Positions 11,214-21,307 of a stretch of 64,000 nucleotides of DNA are shown here, piece by piece. Source of the stretch: an uncultured SAR86 cluster bacterium (GTDB lineage: Bacteria; Pseudomonadota; Gammaproteobacteria; Magnimaribacterales; D2472); assembly GCA_943788365.1 (NCBI GenBank), contig CALSPZ010000001.1:328233-392232 (forward strand), given 5' to 3'. A model generated the notes under the pieces. The model worked only from the letters and a program-made list of their open reading frames with translations. It had not been told where the DNA came from and did no database searches. Numbering within the stretch: position 1 is the stretch's first letter; each line of letters begins with the position of its first letter. The translations under genes were made by a program, and so were the position numbers.

Positions 11214-11234
11214 TTTTGTAGTTTTACTACAAAA
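11214..11234. promoter_or_regulatory. 21-bp perfect palindrome TTTTGTAGT-TTT-ACTACAAAA between purB stop and aceA start
   Basis: Read directly. It has 9-bp arms and lies 102-122 bp upstream of the aceA start. The T-run is 5' and the A-run 3' on both strands, which is the wrong polarity for an intrinsic terminator. Confidence 0.25.
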
Positions 11235-11239
11235 GGAGC

Positions 11240-12601
11240 TTATTTTGATCTATTAGCTAACTCTATTGAAGACCCTATGTAGCTTGAGGGCTTTAATGAA
11301 AGAAGTGTTGCTTTAGATGATTGAGATATATTCAAGCCTTCAACAAATTTATTATATTTTTCTTTATCTAACTTAGAACCGCGAGAGAGTTCTTTAAGTT
11401 GCTCATAAGCATCAGGTATACCTTCATGTCTCATAATTGTTTGTATAGGCTCAGCAAGCACCTCCCAATTATTACCAAGCTCCTCCTTTATAAATTTCAT
11501 ATTTGGTTCTATTTTACTTAAACCTTTGATTAAGGAGTTTATTGAAATTATTGAATAACCAAAACCAAGACCAACATTTCTTAAAACTGTTGAATCAGAG
11601 AGATCTCTTTGGTGTCTTGACTTTGTTAATTTATTTGCAAAATAATCAAAAAGGGCATTTGATATACCTAGATTTCCTTCGCTATTTTCAAAGTCTATAG
11701 GATTAACTTTATGAGGCATCGTTGAAGATCCAACTTCATTTTTTAATAGCTTTAATTTAAATATCTCATTTGAAATATAAATCCATACATCTTGACTTAA
11801 ATCCATCAAAATATTATTTATTCTTATTGCGCAATGAGAAGTCTCAGCTATCCAGTCATGAGGTTCTATTTGGGTAGTGTGCGTGTTTTGAAAAACTTTA
11901 AATTGTTTAATAAATCTTGATGTAAAGGATTCCCAGTTAATTTTTTGATCTAATATTTTAAAAGTATGGTAGTTACCAGTTGCACCACTAAATTTAGCTA
12001 GCGGTTTTATATTTTTAAGTAATTTAATTTGCGTATCAAGCCTTGAACTAAAAACAGACATCTCTTTGCCAAGAGTTGAAGGGGAGGCAGGTTGACCGTG
12101 AGTTCTAGCTAGAAATGATATTGAAGACCATTTTTTTGATTTAGTTTTAATATCCTTTTTTAAAGCATTCAATTCATCTATATAAATCGATAGGCCCTCT
12201 TTAATCATTACTGCATATGAAAGTGAGTTTATGTCTTCACTAGTAAGTCCGAAATGAATTAAATGTATATAATTTTTTAAAACGGTATCTTTTTCAAATT
12301 GTTCTCTAATAAAATACTCTACAGCTTTTACATCATGGTTTGTTACTGACTCTATATCTTTTATTCGCATGACACTATTGTCATTAAATAAACTTTTAAG
12401 CTTATTTAATTTGTTAATTGTTGTTTTGCTAATAGATTTAAATAAATCTGGTTTATTCATGCAAATATAAATAAGCCAATCAATTTCAATTATGTACCTA
12501 GTTTTAACCAAAGCTGCTTCTGAAAAATTTGAACGAGTTGTTGATATTTTAGATGAATATCTATTATCAAGTGGGGAGATATTGTTGAAAAGGTTATTCA
12601 T
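11240..12601 (-). CDS. purB: adenylosuccinate lyase
   Basis: Fumarate-lyase signature GSSTMPHKVNP in a 453-aa protein. The mnmA-purB neighbourhood is as in other gammaproteobacteria. Confidence 0.9.
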   Translation of the reverse strand: MNNLFNNISPLDNRYSSKISTTRSNFSEAALVKTRYIIEIDWLIYICMNKPDLFKSISKTTINKLNKLKSLFNDNSVMRIKDIESVTNHDVKAVEYFIREQFEKDTVLKNYIHLIHFGLTSEDINSLSYAVMIKEGLSIYIDELNALKKDIKTKSKKWSSISFLARTHGQPASPSTLGKEMSVFSSRLDTQIKLLKNIKPLAKFSGATGNYHTFKILDQKINWESFTSRFIKQFKVFQNTHTTQIEPHDWIAETSHCAIRINNILMDLSQDVWIYISNEIFKLKLLKNEVGSSTMPHKVNPIDFENSEGNLGISNALFDYFANKLTKSRHQRDLSDSTVLRNVGLGFGYSIISINSLIKGLSKIEPNMKFIKEELGNNWEVLAEPIQTIMRHEGIPDAYEQLKELSRGSKLDKEKYNKFVEGLNISQSSKATLLSLKPSSYIGSSIELANRSK

Positions 12602-12627
12602 AATTTATTTTATATTAATTTTCATTT

Positions 12628-13725
12628 CTATTTAATAGCATTAAATGATTTAGATATAATTCCACCGCCTATACAAATATCATCTTTATATATAACTGCT
12701 GACTGTCCAGGTGCTGCAGCTCTTACGGGCTCTTTAAAATCAATATAATATATAGAATTTAAACAATTTAATTCTGCTGGTATTGGTTTTTGTAAATGCC
12801 TGACCTGAACCGAGCATTCAAGTGGAAGCTGAAGCTGCCCTTCGTTTATTTGATGAACGGAGTCTAATACTACCTTGGAACTCATTAAAAGTGCATTATC
12901 AACGCCCTGACATACATATATAATATTATTTAGTATATCTTTTTTGTATACATACCAGGGTAATTCTGGCCTTCCTTTAACACCACCAATCATAAGTCCT
13001 TGTCTTTGGCCTTCTGTATATAATAATGATCCTTTATGTTTACCAATTACATTGCCCTGATCGTCTTTAATATCTCCAGCTTTAAAGTCTATAAAGCGCC
13101 CAAGAAAATCTTTTAAATTCCTTTCACCAATAAAGCAAATACCTACAGAATCTTTTTTTGATGCATTTACTAGGCCTAAGCTCAATGCCAAGTCTCTAAC
13201 TTCAGATTTTTTCATATTTGCCAATGGAAAAATTGTTTTAGCAAACTCATTAGAGCTAACCTCATGTAAAAAGTATGTTTGATCTTTTGAGGCATCTCGT
13301 GCTCGAGCTAGATAGGTAACATTATTTTTTTTAACTGTATTTGCATAATGTCCTGTCGCTATGTAATCAGCACCAATTTTAAATGCATAATCTAAAAACG
13401 ATTTAAATTTAATTTCTCTATTGCATAAAATATCTGGATTTGGCGTTCTTCCTTTTTCATGCTCGCTTAAAAAATCTTTAAACACTCTATCCCAGTACTC
13501 ATCAGAAAAATTTGCTCTGTGGAGGGGTATACCTAATAAATCACAAACTTTAGAAGCATCATTAAAATCCTCTTCTGAAGTGCAAACTTCACCAGGCTCA
13601 TTCTGCCAATTCTGCATAAATAAACCTTTGACATCATATCCTTGCTCAATTAGTAGATGAGCTGCTACAGATGAATCTACTCCACCAGACATTCCAACCA
13701 CAACAGTTTTTTTTATCTCATTCAT
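12628..13725 (-). CDS. mnmA: tRNA 2-thiouridine(34) synthase
   Basis: PP-loop VGMSGGVDSSV, and the GRTPNPDILCN and DQTYFL motifs. Confidence 0.93.
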   Translation of the reverse strand: MNEIKKTVVVGMSGGVDSSVAAHLLIEQGYDVKGLFMQNWQNEPGEVCTSEEDFNDASKVCDLLGIPLHRANFSDEYWDRVFKDFLSEHEKGRTPNPDILCNREIKFKSFLDYAFKIGADYIATGHYANTVKKNNVTYLARARDASKDQTYFLHEVSSNEFAKTIFPLANMKKSEVRDLALSLGLVNASKKDSVGICFIGERNLKDFLGRFIDFKAGDIKDDQGNVIGKHKGSLLYTEGQRQGLMIGGVKGRPELPWYVYKKDILNNIIYVCQGVDNALLMSSKVVLDSVHQINEGQLQLPLECSVQVRHLQKPIPAELNCLNSIYYIDFKEPVRAAAPGQSAVIYKDDICIGGGIISKSFNAIK

Positions 13726-13816
13726 TATCGTGTCTAATTCGTTTTATATTAAAAAATTTAGGAGTATAATTATCACCGATTTTGATTAAGAAATCTTATA
13801 TTACGGGGTAAAAAAA

Positions 13817-15070
13817 ATGTCTTACGAAAAAATTATAGTTCCAGAAAATGGCGAGAAAATATCTTACATTGATGGAAATCTTGTAGTTCCTAATAATCCA
13901 GTTATTCCTTACATAGAAGGTGATGGTATTGGTTATGACATTACGCCTGCAATGATTAAGGCAGTTGATAGCGCTGTAAAAACGGCTTATTTGGGTGACA
14001 GAAAGATTGAATGGATGGAAGTTTTCTGTGGTGAAAAAGCAACACAGGTTTATGGTGATGATGTTTGGTTGCCTGAAGAGACTTTAGATGCTCTTCGTGA
14101 CTATGTTGTTAGTATTAAAGGTCCTCTAACAACACCTGTCGGTGGTGGAATAAGATCACTAAATGTATCTTTAAGACAAATATTAGATTTATACGTATGT
14201 TTAAGACCAATTAGATATTTTGAAGGTGTCCCGTCGCCTGTAAAAGAACCACAAAATGTTGATATGGTGATTTTTAGAGAAAATTCAGAAGATATATATT
14301 CAGGTATAGAGTTTCAAGCAAATTCTGATGATGCTATAAAGCTTGCAACCATTCTTAAAGAAGAATTCAATAGTGACAAAATACGTTTCCCACAAAATGT
14401 TGGCTTAGGTGTTAAGCCTATTTCATTTGAAGGCACCTCTAGGTTAGTTAAATCTGCCATAGATTATGCTATAGATAATGATAGATCTTCTGTGACCTTG
14501 GTTCATAAAGGCAATATTATGAAATTTACAGAAGGTGCTTTTAGGGATTGGGGTTATGAGATTGCTAATACTGAATATGGTGGAGTTGAGCTAGATGGAG
14601 GTCCATGGCAAGTTATTAAAAATCCTAAAACTGGTAATGAAATTATAATTAAAGATGTTATATGTGATGCTTTTCTGCAGCAAATTCTATTAAGACCGAA
14701 GGATTATGATGTTATAGCAACAATGAACTTGAATGGTGACTATATATCTGATGCTCTTGCAGCATGTGTTGGAGGAATTGGTATAGCTCCAGGTGCAAAT
14801 TTATCAGATAAGTATGCAGTATTTGAAGCAACCCATGGTACTGCTCCAAAATATGCAAAACAAGACAAAGTAAATCCTGGATCACTTATTCTTTCAGCAG
14901 AAATGATGCTTAGATACATGGGCTGGACTGAGGCAGCTGATTTAATTATTAAATCTATGGAAAGAGCTATTGGTGCAAAAAAAGTAACTTATGATTTTGA
15001 AAGAATGATGGAAGGTGCTGATTTAGTTTCCTGTTCAGGTTTTGCAGACGAAATGGTTAAAAGAATGTAA
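13817..15070 (+). CDS. icd: NADP-dependent isocitrate dehydrogenase (E. coli type)
   Basis: Motifs [26 protein letters not shown] and [10 protein letters not shown]. Confidence 0.93.
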   Translation: MSYEKIIVPENGEKISYIDGNLVVPNNPVIPYIEGDGIGYDITPAMIKAVDSAVKTAYLGDRKIEWMEVFCGEKATQVYGDDVWLPEETLDALRDYVVSIKGPLTTPVGGGIRSLNVSLRQILDLYVCLRPIRYFEGVPSPVKEPQNVDMVIFRENSEDIYSGIEFQANSDDAIKLATILKEEFNSDKIRFPQNVGLGVKPISFEGTSRLVKSAIDYAIDNDRSSVTLVHKGNIMKFTEGAFRDWGYEIANTEYGGVELDGGPWQVIKNPKTGNEIIIKDVICDAFLQQILLRPKDYDVIATMNLNGDYISDALAACVGGIGIAPGANLSDKYAVFEATHGTAPKYAKQDKVNPGSLILSAEMMLRYMGWTEAADLIIKSMERAIGAKKVTYDFERMMEGADLVSCSGFADEMVKRM

Positions 15071-15405
15071 TGACAAAGCTTTCATCAGAAGTTCCAGATT
15101 CAAATGATATCGGCACTTCTGTACTTGAAAAAGACCCAGAACTTAAAGAGCCTCCTTTATATCAAGTGATATTGATTAATGACGATTATACTCCTATGGA
15201 GTTTGTAGTTTACGTGCTCCAATCAGTATTTAATCACAATCATGATAAGGCAACAGAAATAATGATGTCAGTTCATACAAAAGGGAAGGGTGTTTGTGGT
15301 ATATTTTCAAAAGAGATAGCGGAAATGATGTCCCATGAGGTTAATGAGCTTTCAAAAAGCCATCATCACCCTCTATTGAGTGAAATAGAACCCTTAACCG
15401 ATTAA
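15070..15405 (+). CDS. clpS: ATP-dependent Clp protease adaptor ClpS
   Basis: TAATG overlap with icd. Conserved core YQVILINDDYTPMEFVVYVL. Confidence 0.9.
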   Translation: MTKLSSEVPDSNDIGTSVLEKDPELKEPPLYQVILINDDYTPMEFVVYVLQSVFNHNHDKATEIMMSVHTKGKGVCGIFSKEIAEMMSHEVNELSKSHHHPLLSEIEPLTD

Positions 15406-15406
15406 T

Positions 15407-17647
15407 ATGTTTAGCAAAGATTTAGAAATATCTATAGCCTCTCTTTTTGATAAAGCGCAAGACACCAACATCCAGTATATTACTGTCGAACATTTATTTC
15501 TTATGATCTTAAGTGATGGAGAGGTTGCATCCTGTTTAGAATCCCATAATATAAAAATAGACCAACTCAAAGATGCAATTAATAACCATCTAAAAAAAAC
15601 TACCATAGCTAGATCAGATGTTAAAAAACAGGTTCAACCAACCCTAGGTTTTCAAAGAGTACTTCAGCGATCAGTATTTCATATTCAATCTCAAGGTAAG
15701 GGTGTTGTAAAGCCAATAAATGTCTTAGTTGCTATCTTTTCAGAAAAAGAATGTCATTCTGTTTTTCTTTTAAATAAAAATGGGTTGTCTAGATTGGATG
15801 TTGTTTCCTATTTATCTCATGGACCAAAGGACGTAAAAAAATCTATAGATGATGTTAATCAAGATTCAGAAGAAGGGGTTAAAAAATCCAAACCAGAGTC
15901 TGATTATCTTATTAATTTAAATAATTTAGCTAAAGAAAATAAAATTGATTCTTTGATTGGTAGGAGTACAGAAGTTCAAAGAATGATACAAATTTTATCA
16001 AGAAGGACAAAAAATAACCCGCTACTTGTTGGTGAGTCGGGTGTAGGTAAGACAGCTATTGCTGAAGGAATTGCATGTTTAATTAATGATGGGAATATTC
16101 CTGAGATAATTAAAGACACAACTGTTTATTCTCTAGATATTGCAGCCTTAATTGCTGGTACTAAATATAGAGGCGATTTTGAAAAAAGGTTAAAAGCTGT
16201 GATTTCATTTCTTAAGAAACAAAATAAACCGATTCTATTTATAGATGAAATTCATACAATCATTGGTGCAGGATCAGCATCTGGTGGCTCCATGGATGTC
16301 TCTAATTTGCTTAAACCAGCCTTAGCAAGAGGTGAAATAAGGTGTATTGGTTCAACAACTTTTCAAGAATACAGAGGTATCTTTAATCAAAATCAAGCCC
16401 TATCTAGAAGGTTCCAAAAAATTGATGTAAATGAACCTAGTTATGATGAATGTGTTGAAATAATTACTGGTTTAAAACCGATTTATGAATCCTATCATAA
16501 TGTTGTGTTTTCTAATGAATCAATTAAGTGCGCAATAGAGCTTTCATCAAAATACATGAATGATAGATTTCTTCCTGACAAAGCTATTGATGTAATTGAT
16601 GAAACTGGCTCCATGCTTAATATTGAAAGAAAAAATAAAAAGAGAATTAAAGTCAGTCAAGCCCATATTGAAAAAACAATTTCTAAAATAACTAAGATAC
16701 CCGAGCAAAGCATTACTGCTGCTGATAAGAAAAGCTTAAAAGCTTTGGAAGAAAATCTTAAAAGGGTAATTTTTGGTCAAGATCATGCAGTAGAAACGCT
16801 TTCTAATGCTATTAAGCTCTCTAGGGTAGGGTTGAGGGATGATAATAAAACAATTGGATCATTCTTGTTTACGGGTCCAACTGGTGTTGGTAAAACAGAG
16901 ATCACAAAACAGCTTTCTGAAATACTTGGCATTGATCTTATTAGATTTGATATGAGTGAATACATGGAAAGACATACTGTATCTAGGCTTATAGGAGCTC
17001 CCCCTGGATATGTTGGATTTGATCAAGGCGGGCTACTTACAGAAGCTATTGTCAAATCACCAAATGCTGTTCTATTGCTCGATGAAATTGAAAAAGCCCA
17101 TCCTGATATATTTAATATTCTGTTACAGGTTATGGATGCAGGAGTTTTAACTGATAATAACGGTAGAAAAGCTGATTTTAGAAATATTATAGTAGTTATG
17201 ACAACTAATATAGGAGCTGAGCTTTTAGCAAAAAGGAATATTGGTTTTAATCAAGATTCGAATGAAACTGATGCAATGGGATCTCTTAATAAACTATTTT
17301 CACCAGAATTTAGAAATAGATTAGATGAAATAATTCAATTTGATTATTTAGACAAAAAAGTTATTTTATCCATCGTTGATAAATTTTTAATCAAACTACA
17401 GGCTCAATTAGATAAACGAAATGTTGAGATAAATGTATCATCTAAGGTAATTAATTGGATTGCAGAGAATGGATATGATAAAGAGATGGGGGCTAGACCA
17501 ATGGAAAGATTCATATCAAAAAACATCAAAAAGCCACTAGTTGATAAACTGTTATTTGGTTCTTTGAAATCTGGTGGAGTTATAAAGCTTGATATAGAAA
17601 AGGGTGGTTTGGTATTTAAAGAGGTTAAAAAGACAGTAAAGGCTTAA
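15407..17647 (+). CDS. clpA: ATP-dependent Clp protease ATP-binding subunit ClpA
   Basis: Two AAA+ modules with Walker A motifs GESGVGKT and GPTGVGKT, plus a Clp N-domain. It follows clpS. Confidence 0.93.
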   Translation: MFSKDLEISIASLFDKAQDTNIQYITVEHLFLMILSDGEVASCLESHNIKIDQLKDAINNHLKKTTIARSDVKKQVQPTLGFQRVLQRSVFHIQSQGKGVVKPINVLVAIFSEKECHSVFLLNKNGLSRLDVVSYLSHGPKDVKKSIDDVNQDSEEGVKKSKPESDYLINLNNLAKENKIDSLIGRSTEVQRMIQILSRRTKNNPLLVGESGVGKTAIAEGIACLINDGNIPEIIKDTTVYSLDIAALIAGTKYRGDFEKRLKAVISFLKKQNKPILFIDEIHTIIGAGSASGGSMDVSNLLKPALARGEIRCIGSTTFQEYRGIFNQNQALSRRFQKIDVNEPSYDECVEIITGLKPIYESYHNVVFSNESIKCAIELSSKYMNDRFLPDKAIDVIDETGSMLNIERKNKKRIKVSQAHIEKTISKITKIPEQSITAADKKSLKALEENLKRVIFGQDHAVETLSNAIKLSRVGLRDDNKTIGSFLFTGPTGVGKTEITKQLSEILGIDLIRFDMSEYMERHTVSRLIGAPPGYVGFDQGGLLTEAIVKSPNAVLLLDEIEKAHPDIFNILLQVMDAGVLTDNNGRKADFRNIIVVMTTNIGAELLAKRNIGFNQDSNETDAMGSLNKLFSPEFRNRLDEIIQFDYLDKKVILSIVDKFLIKLQAQLDKRNVEINVSSKVINWIAENGYDKEMGARPMERFISKNIKKPLVDKLLFGSLKSGGVIKLDIEKGGLVFKEVKKTVKA

Positions 17648-17648
17648 A

Positions 17649-17867
17649 TTACCTTCCTCTAAATGTAATACGCCCTTTGGTAAGATCATAAGGACTCATT
17701 TCTACCTTAACCTTATCCCCAGTTAATATCCTTATGTAGTGCTTCCTCATTTTTCCGGATATATGAGCCTCAATAATATGGTCATTTTCCAATTTTACTT
17801 TAAATGTGGTATTCGGGAGAGTTTCAATAACTTCTCCTTCAAATTCTAGATTATCTTCTTTTGACAT
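17649..17867 (-). CDS. infA: translation initiation factor IF-1
   Basis: 72-aa S1-like protein ([18 protein letters not shown]...[16 protein letters not shown]). Confidence 0.95.
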   Translation of the reverse strand: MSKEDNLEFEGEVIETLPNTTFKVKLENDHIIEAHISGKMRKHYIRILTGDKVKVEMSPYDLTKGRITFRGR

Positions 17868-17951
17868 TCGGCTATTTTAAACTAAATTAAGAGTAATAGG
17901 TGACTCATATAGCTATATAATCAATATATAAATTTTAATAGGTAATAAAAA

Positions 17952-18407
17952 ATGATAATTAATCCAGGTGAAATAAATTTAGATGAAGCTTTAAGTATAT
18001 GTAAAGAGGCTCTTAAAAAAGGTCGTGATTTGAATTTAATGCCTCTTACAGTAACTGTAGTGGATGTTGCAGGCGTTGTTAGAGCTACTTTGTCAGAACA
18101 AGGCTCAGGGTTGATAAGGTCAGATATAGCATATGCTAAAGCATGGACATGTCTAGCTTTCAATGTTTCATCAAATACCTTAAGAGATGTCTTTGAGGGC
18201 CAGCCTAGATTAGCGCCAGCTGTATCCGGAATGCAAACAATGGCAGGGGGCAAACTTGTTCCAACACCTGGAGGAATGCTTATCCAAAAAGATGGTAAAA
18301 ATATTGGAGCGGTTGGTGTAACCGGAGATGTGTCTGATCAAGATGAAATTTGCGCTATTGCTGGCATTGAAGCATCTAATTTAACCCCAGGACATAAATC
18401 TAAATAG
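17952..18407 (+). CDS. GlcG/HbpS-family (DUF336) heme-binding-like protein
   Basis: Motifs PLTVTVVDVAGVV...IAYAKAWT...GAVGVTGDVSDQDEICA are typical of DUF336. Confidence 0.7.
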   Translation: MIINPGEINLDEALSICKEALKKGRDLNLMPLTVTVVDVAGVVRATLSEQGSGLIRSDIAYAKAWTCLAFNVSSNTLRDVFEGQPRLAPAVSGMQTMAGGKLVPTPGGMLIQKDGKNIGAVGVTGDVSDQDEICAIAGIEASNLTPGHKSK

Positions 18408-18566
18408 TTTTTATAGAAAACACTCAATAGATATTTAGATACATCATTAATTGGTAATATTTAATATTAATTTGAGAATACATGGTTCACTAGAGCTATA
18501 ATTTAAGAATCGTCATTGAGTGGAATTTTATTAATCTACAGAATAATTAACTGAAAGGAGAAATTA

Positions 18567-18881
18567 ATGTCAGATAACATTCCAGTATATATGGTGGTTA
18601 ATTTAACCATCCTCGATAAAGATGAATATAGAATCTATGAAAAGGGTTTCTTTGCATTTCTTCAAAAACACAATGGTACATTTATTACATATGATGATAA
18701 TCGAGTGATTCTTGAAGGCGTAGAACCTTTGCCAGGAAGAACTATTATATTTTCCTTTCCATCAGAAGAAGACGCAGATAATTGGTGGGCTGATGAGGGA
18801 TATCAAGAATTAAGCAAGCATAGAAGGGCTGCAACAGATATTACTCTGCAACGCGTTAAAGGATTGCCTCCGAGAGACTAA
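18567..18881 (+). CDS. DUF1330 domain protein
   Basis: 104 aa. The pattern PVYMVVNLTILDKDEYRIYEK...FPSEEDADNWW matches DUF1330 as I recall it. An SD-like GAAAGGAG lies upstream. Confidence 0.65.
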   Translation: MSDNIPVYMVVNLTILDKDEYRIYEKGFFAFLQKHNGTFITYDDNRVILEGVEPLPGRTIIFSFPSEEDADNWWADEGYQELSKHRRAATDITLQRVKGLPPRD

Positions 18882-18882
18882 T

Positions 18883-19737
18883 TTGAAGAAATTTTTTAAA
18901 GTTAGAGACAAGAATTTAGCTTATATTGACGAGGGTGAGGGCGATGCAATTGTTTTTATCCACGGAAATCCTACTTCATCATATCTATGGAGGAATATAG
19001 CTCCCAATTTTAATAGCTCTCATAGGGTAATCGTGCCAGATCTTATGGGCATGGGAGACTCTGAGAAACTTGATGGTATTGATAACCCAGGTTACAGCTT
19101 TAATGGACAGTATGATTATTTAGAGAAATTATTGAATGATCTGGACCTTGGTAAACGAATCAATCTTGTCGTTCATGATTGGGGTTGTGGCCTTGGATTA
19201 AAGTACGCAAGATTACATTCAGATAGGATTTCATCAATAACTTTTATGGAAGGAGTTACGGTGCCGTTAACTTGGGATCAATGGCCTGAAGCAGGCACCA
19301 AAATATTTAAGTTATTTAGATCAGATGCTGGAGAAGAATTAATTTTAGATAAGAACTTCTTTGTTGAAAGATTATTATTTAATGATCCTATAAAACCTAT
19401 GTCTGAAGAAACAAGAGCCGAATATCTAAGACCGTTTATTAATTCGGGAGAAGACAGACGACCAACATTAACTTTCCCAAGAAACGTTCCATTTAATGAA
19501 GAGCCTTTGGATACTCATAATGAGATTAAGATGAATGCAAATTTCCATAGCGCATCAAATATTCCTAAGTTGTTCGTTAATGCTGATCCAGGTTTCTTGT
19601 TAATTGGCTCTCAAAGAGATGAAGTTAGATCTTGGGTAAACATTAAAGAAGTCACCGTTGATGGTAACCATTTCATCCAAGAAGACTCTCCAGAAGATAT
19701 AACAATGCACATTAAAGATTTTCTTGCATCTTTATAG
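18883..19737 (+). CDS. haloalkane dehalogenase-family alpha/beta hydrolase (HLD-II like)
   Basis: TTG start 1 nt after the DUF1330 stop. Motifs FIHGNPTSSYLWRN, nucleophile HDWG and C-terminal GNHFIQEDSP. Confidence 0.8.
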   Translation: MKKFFKVRDKNLAYIDEGEGDAIVFIHGNPTSSYLWRNIAPNFNSSHRVIVPDLMGMGDSEKLDGIDNPGYSFNGQYDYLEKLLNDLDLGKRINLVVHDWGCGLGLKYARLHSDRISSITFMEGVTVPLTWDQWPEAGTKIFKLFRSDAGEELILDKNFFVERLLFNDPIKPMSEETRAEYLRPFINSGEDRRPTLTFPRNVPFNEEPLDTHNEIKMNANFHSASNIPKLFVNADPGFLLIGSQRDEVRSWVNIKEVTVDGNHFIQEDSPEDITMHIKDFLASL

Positions 19738-19859
19738 GAATTCAAACCTTTATTATTTAACATAATATATATTATGCGAAGTTATATATTAATATTAATA
19801 TAATCTGCAGTAATGCCCTTTTATATATATTTTTAAATATTCAGAGAGTTTTATAAATT

Positions 19860-19880
19860 ATCTTCTAAAATATAGAAGAT
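19860..19880. terminator. hairpin between convergent genes (8-bp stem ATCTTCTA/TAGAAGAT, 5-nt loop)
   Basis: Read directly. It overlaps the GH16 stop by 1 nt. The stem is AT-rich and there is no clean U-tract, so this is a weak call. Confidence 0.3.
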
Positions 19881-21238
19881 TAATCAATGGTTTTAACTTC
19901 TATATAGTCTATAAGTAGCCTCCCTTTATCAGGATTGTCTAAGTTTGAACATTCTGAGTCTTGGCAATATTTAGAGTTATTGATATATCCTCCATTGGTA
20001 CCTCCTACTGCAACATTCATTATTAAATAAAATGGCTCATTAAATGGCCAATACATTCCATTTATGAAATCTGGTTCTGTTGTGTAATCAATTGAATGAA
20101 ATGGTTCGTTAAATGTATCTAAATAAAATTCAAGTTTGTTGGTTTCCCATTTAAAAGTAATTGAATGAAATTTATCAACGAAATTAACATTTTGTGGAAC
20201 TGTTTCAATGGCATATTTATAAATATGATTTTGATAGTCCATTCCGTAATGGACTGTGGCTTGAATTTGATTATCTTGGTTAGAGTACATATGTTCCATG
20301 ATATCTATCTCACCATCTCTAGGCCAAGATGTATCATTATTATCAAATGATTGGGGCATCATCCAAAATGCTGGCCAATGTCCACTACCCTCTGGAACTT
20401 TAAAGCATACAGTAACTTCTGATCCAGGGCTTACATTAAGTTTATTCTTGGTTACTAATTTACCTGAAGTGTAATCAAATGTTCCACCCCATGAGCTACA
20501 ATCGTTAGTTGCACAATACGGATCATCGAATGGAGTCTGACCATAGCTAGTATTCCAATATATAGGTTGAATCTTTAAATAGCCATCTTCTATGAAGGTG
20601 TTTTCAGTTGTACCTTTAGAAGTATTACAGTCTTTAGAGTACCCATTTTCACAGCTAGTATAGTATTGTTCTTCGTCATTACCCCAACCTGGGACCCATT
20701 GACCTCCACTAAAGAAACCATTGCCAGTTTCGTAAGAAAAGTTATTTATATCAAGTATGTTAGAAGTAAAATCTTCTAACCAATAATTAGATCCACTATT
20801 TGTCGTTGCTCTGCAATATGATGGTTTGTCCTGGTCATAGGGGTTCCCACTTCCAGAAGTATTTTCTGTAACTTCAACAGATACAGATTTTTGTGTGCTT
20901 GAACCACTAGAATTAGAACAAACTAATAAATATTCAAATGTACCAACATCAGACATTAGTAATACCTCAGAACCACTTGTAGCTTTTGATCCATCCCAAC
21001 TTCCAGATGCAGAACATGAAGTAGAATAAGAGGAAGACCATGATAATGTTATAGAATTACCTGCAACAACAGAAGTTTGATCAGCAGTAAATGAATTTAT
21101 AATAGCCTGATTTGATGTGCTGCCTGAGTTACCACTTCCACCACTAGAGTTTGATGAAGAACCCCCACCTCCACCACCGCCACATGCTGAAATTAAAAAA
21201 ATAGATGATAGTAAGCTTACTTTTAGTAGATTTCTCAT
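19880..21238 (-). CDS. glycoside hydrolase family 16 lipoprotein (laminarinase-like beta-glucanase)
   Basis: Lipobox LISAC, a Gly/Ser linker, a ~90-aa Ser/Thr-rich beta domain, then a GH16 core with the catalytic motif GEIDIMEH and WPAFWMMP. Confidence 0.8.
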   Translation of the reverse strand: MRNLLKVSLLSSIFLISACGGGGGGGSSSNSSGGSGNSGSTSNQAIINSFTADQTSVVAGNSITLSWSSSYSTSCSASGSWDGSKATSGSEVLLMSDVGTFEYLLVCSNSSGSSTQKSVSVEVTENTSGSGNPYDQDKPSYCRATTNSGSNYWLEDFTSNILDINNFSYETGNGFFSGGQWVPGWGNDEEQYYTSCENGYSKDCNTSKGTTENTFIEDGYLKIQPIYWNTSYGQTPFDDPYCATNDCSSWGGTFDYTSGKLVTKNKLNVSPGSEVTVCFKVPEGSGHWPAFWMMPQSFDNNDTSWPRDGEIDIMEHMYSNQDNQIQATVHYGMDYQNHIYKYAIETVPQNVNFVDKFHSITFKWETNKLEFYLDTFNEPFHSIDYTTEPDFINGMYWPFNEPFYLIMNVAVGGTNGGYINNSKYCQDSECSNLDNPDKGRLLIDYIEVKTID

Positions 21239-21307
21239 TGTTAATGATTAATTTTAAAAAACAATATATTGTATAGAATATGAATGTAAATTACACAGGA
21301 ATTTAGA

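Noticed and set aside
18421-18522. Long-range 8-nt complementarity (CACTCAAT ... ATTGAGTG) in the 160-bp gap upstream of the DUF1330 gene, as a possible structured RNA.
   Set aside because: It is a single 8-mer pairing across ~86 nt of AT-rich sequence, which is plausible by chance. There are no additional nested helices or conserved riboswitch cores.
21120-21190. Locally GC-rich, repetitive stretch (GGTGGTGGAGGTGGGGG...) that could be mistaken for a repeat element.
   Set aside because: It encodes the Gly/Ser tether (GGGGGGSSSNSSGGSGNSGS) after the lipobox of the GH16 lipoprotein.
21285-21295. TGTAA-A-TTACA palindrome 13 bp upstream of the M14 peptidase start, as a further copy of the TGTAAA-N3-TTTACA motif.
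   Set aside because: The half-site spacing differs (1 nt versus 5 nt between TGTAA and TTACA), and it overlaps the ribosome-binding region. It is likely a chance AT-rich palindrome.
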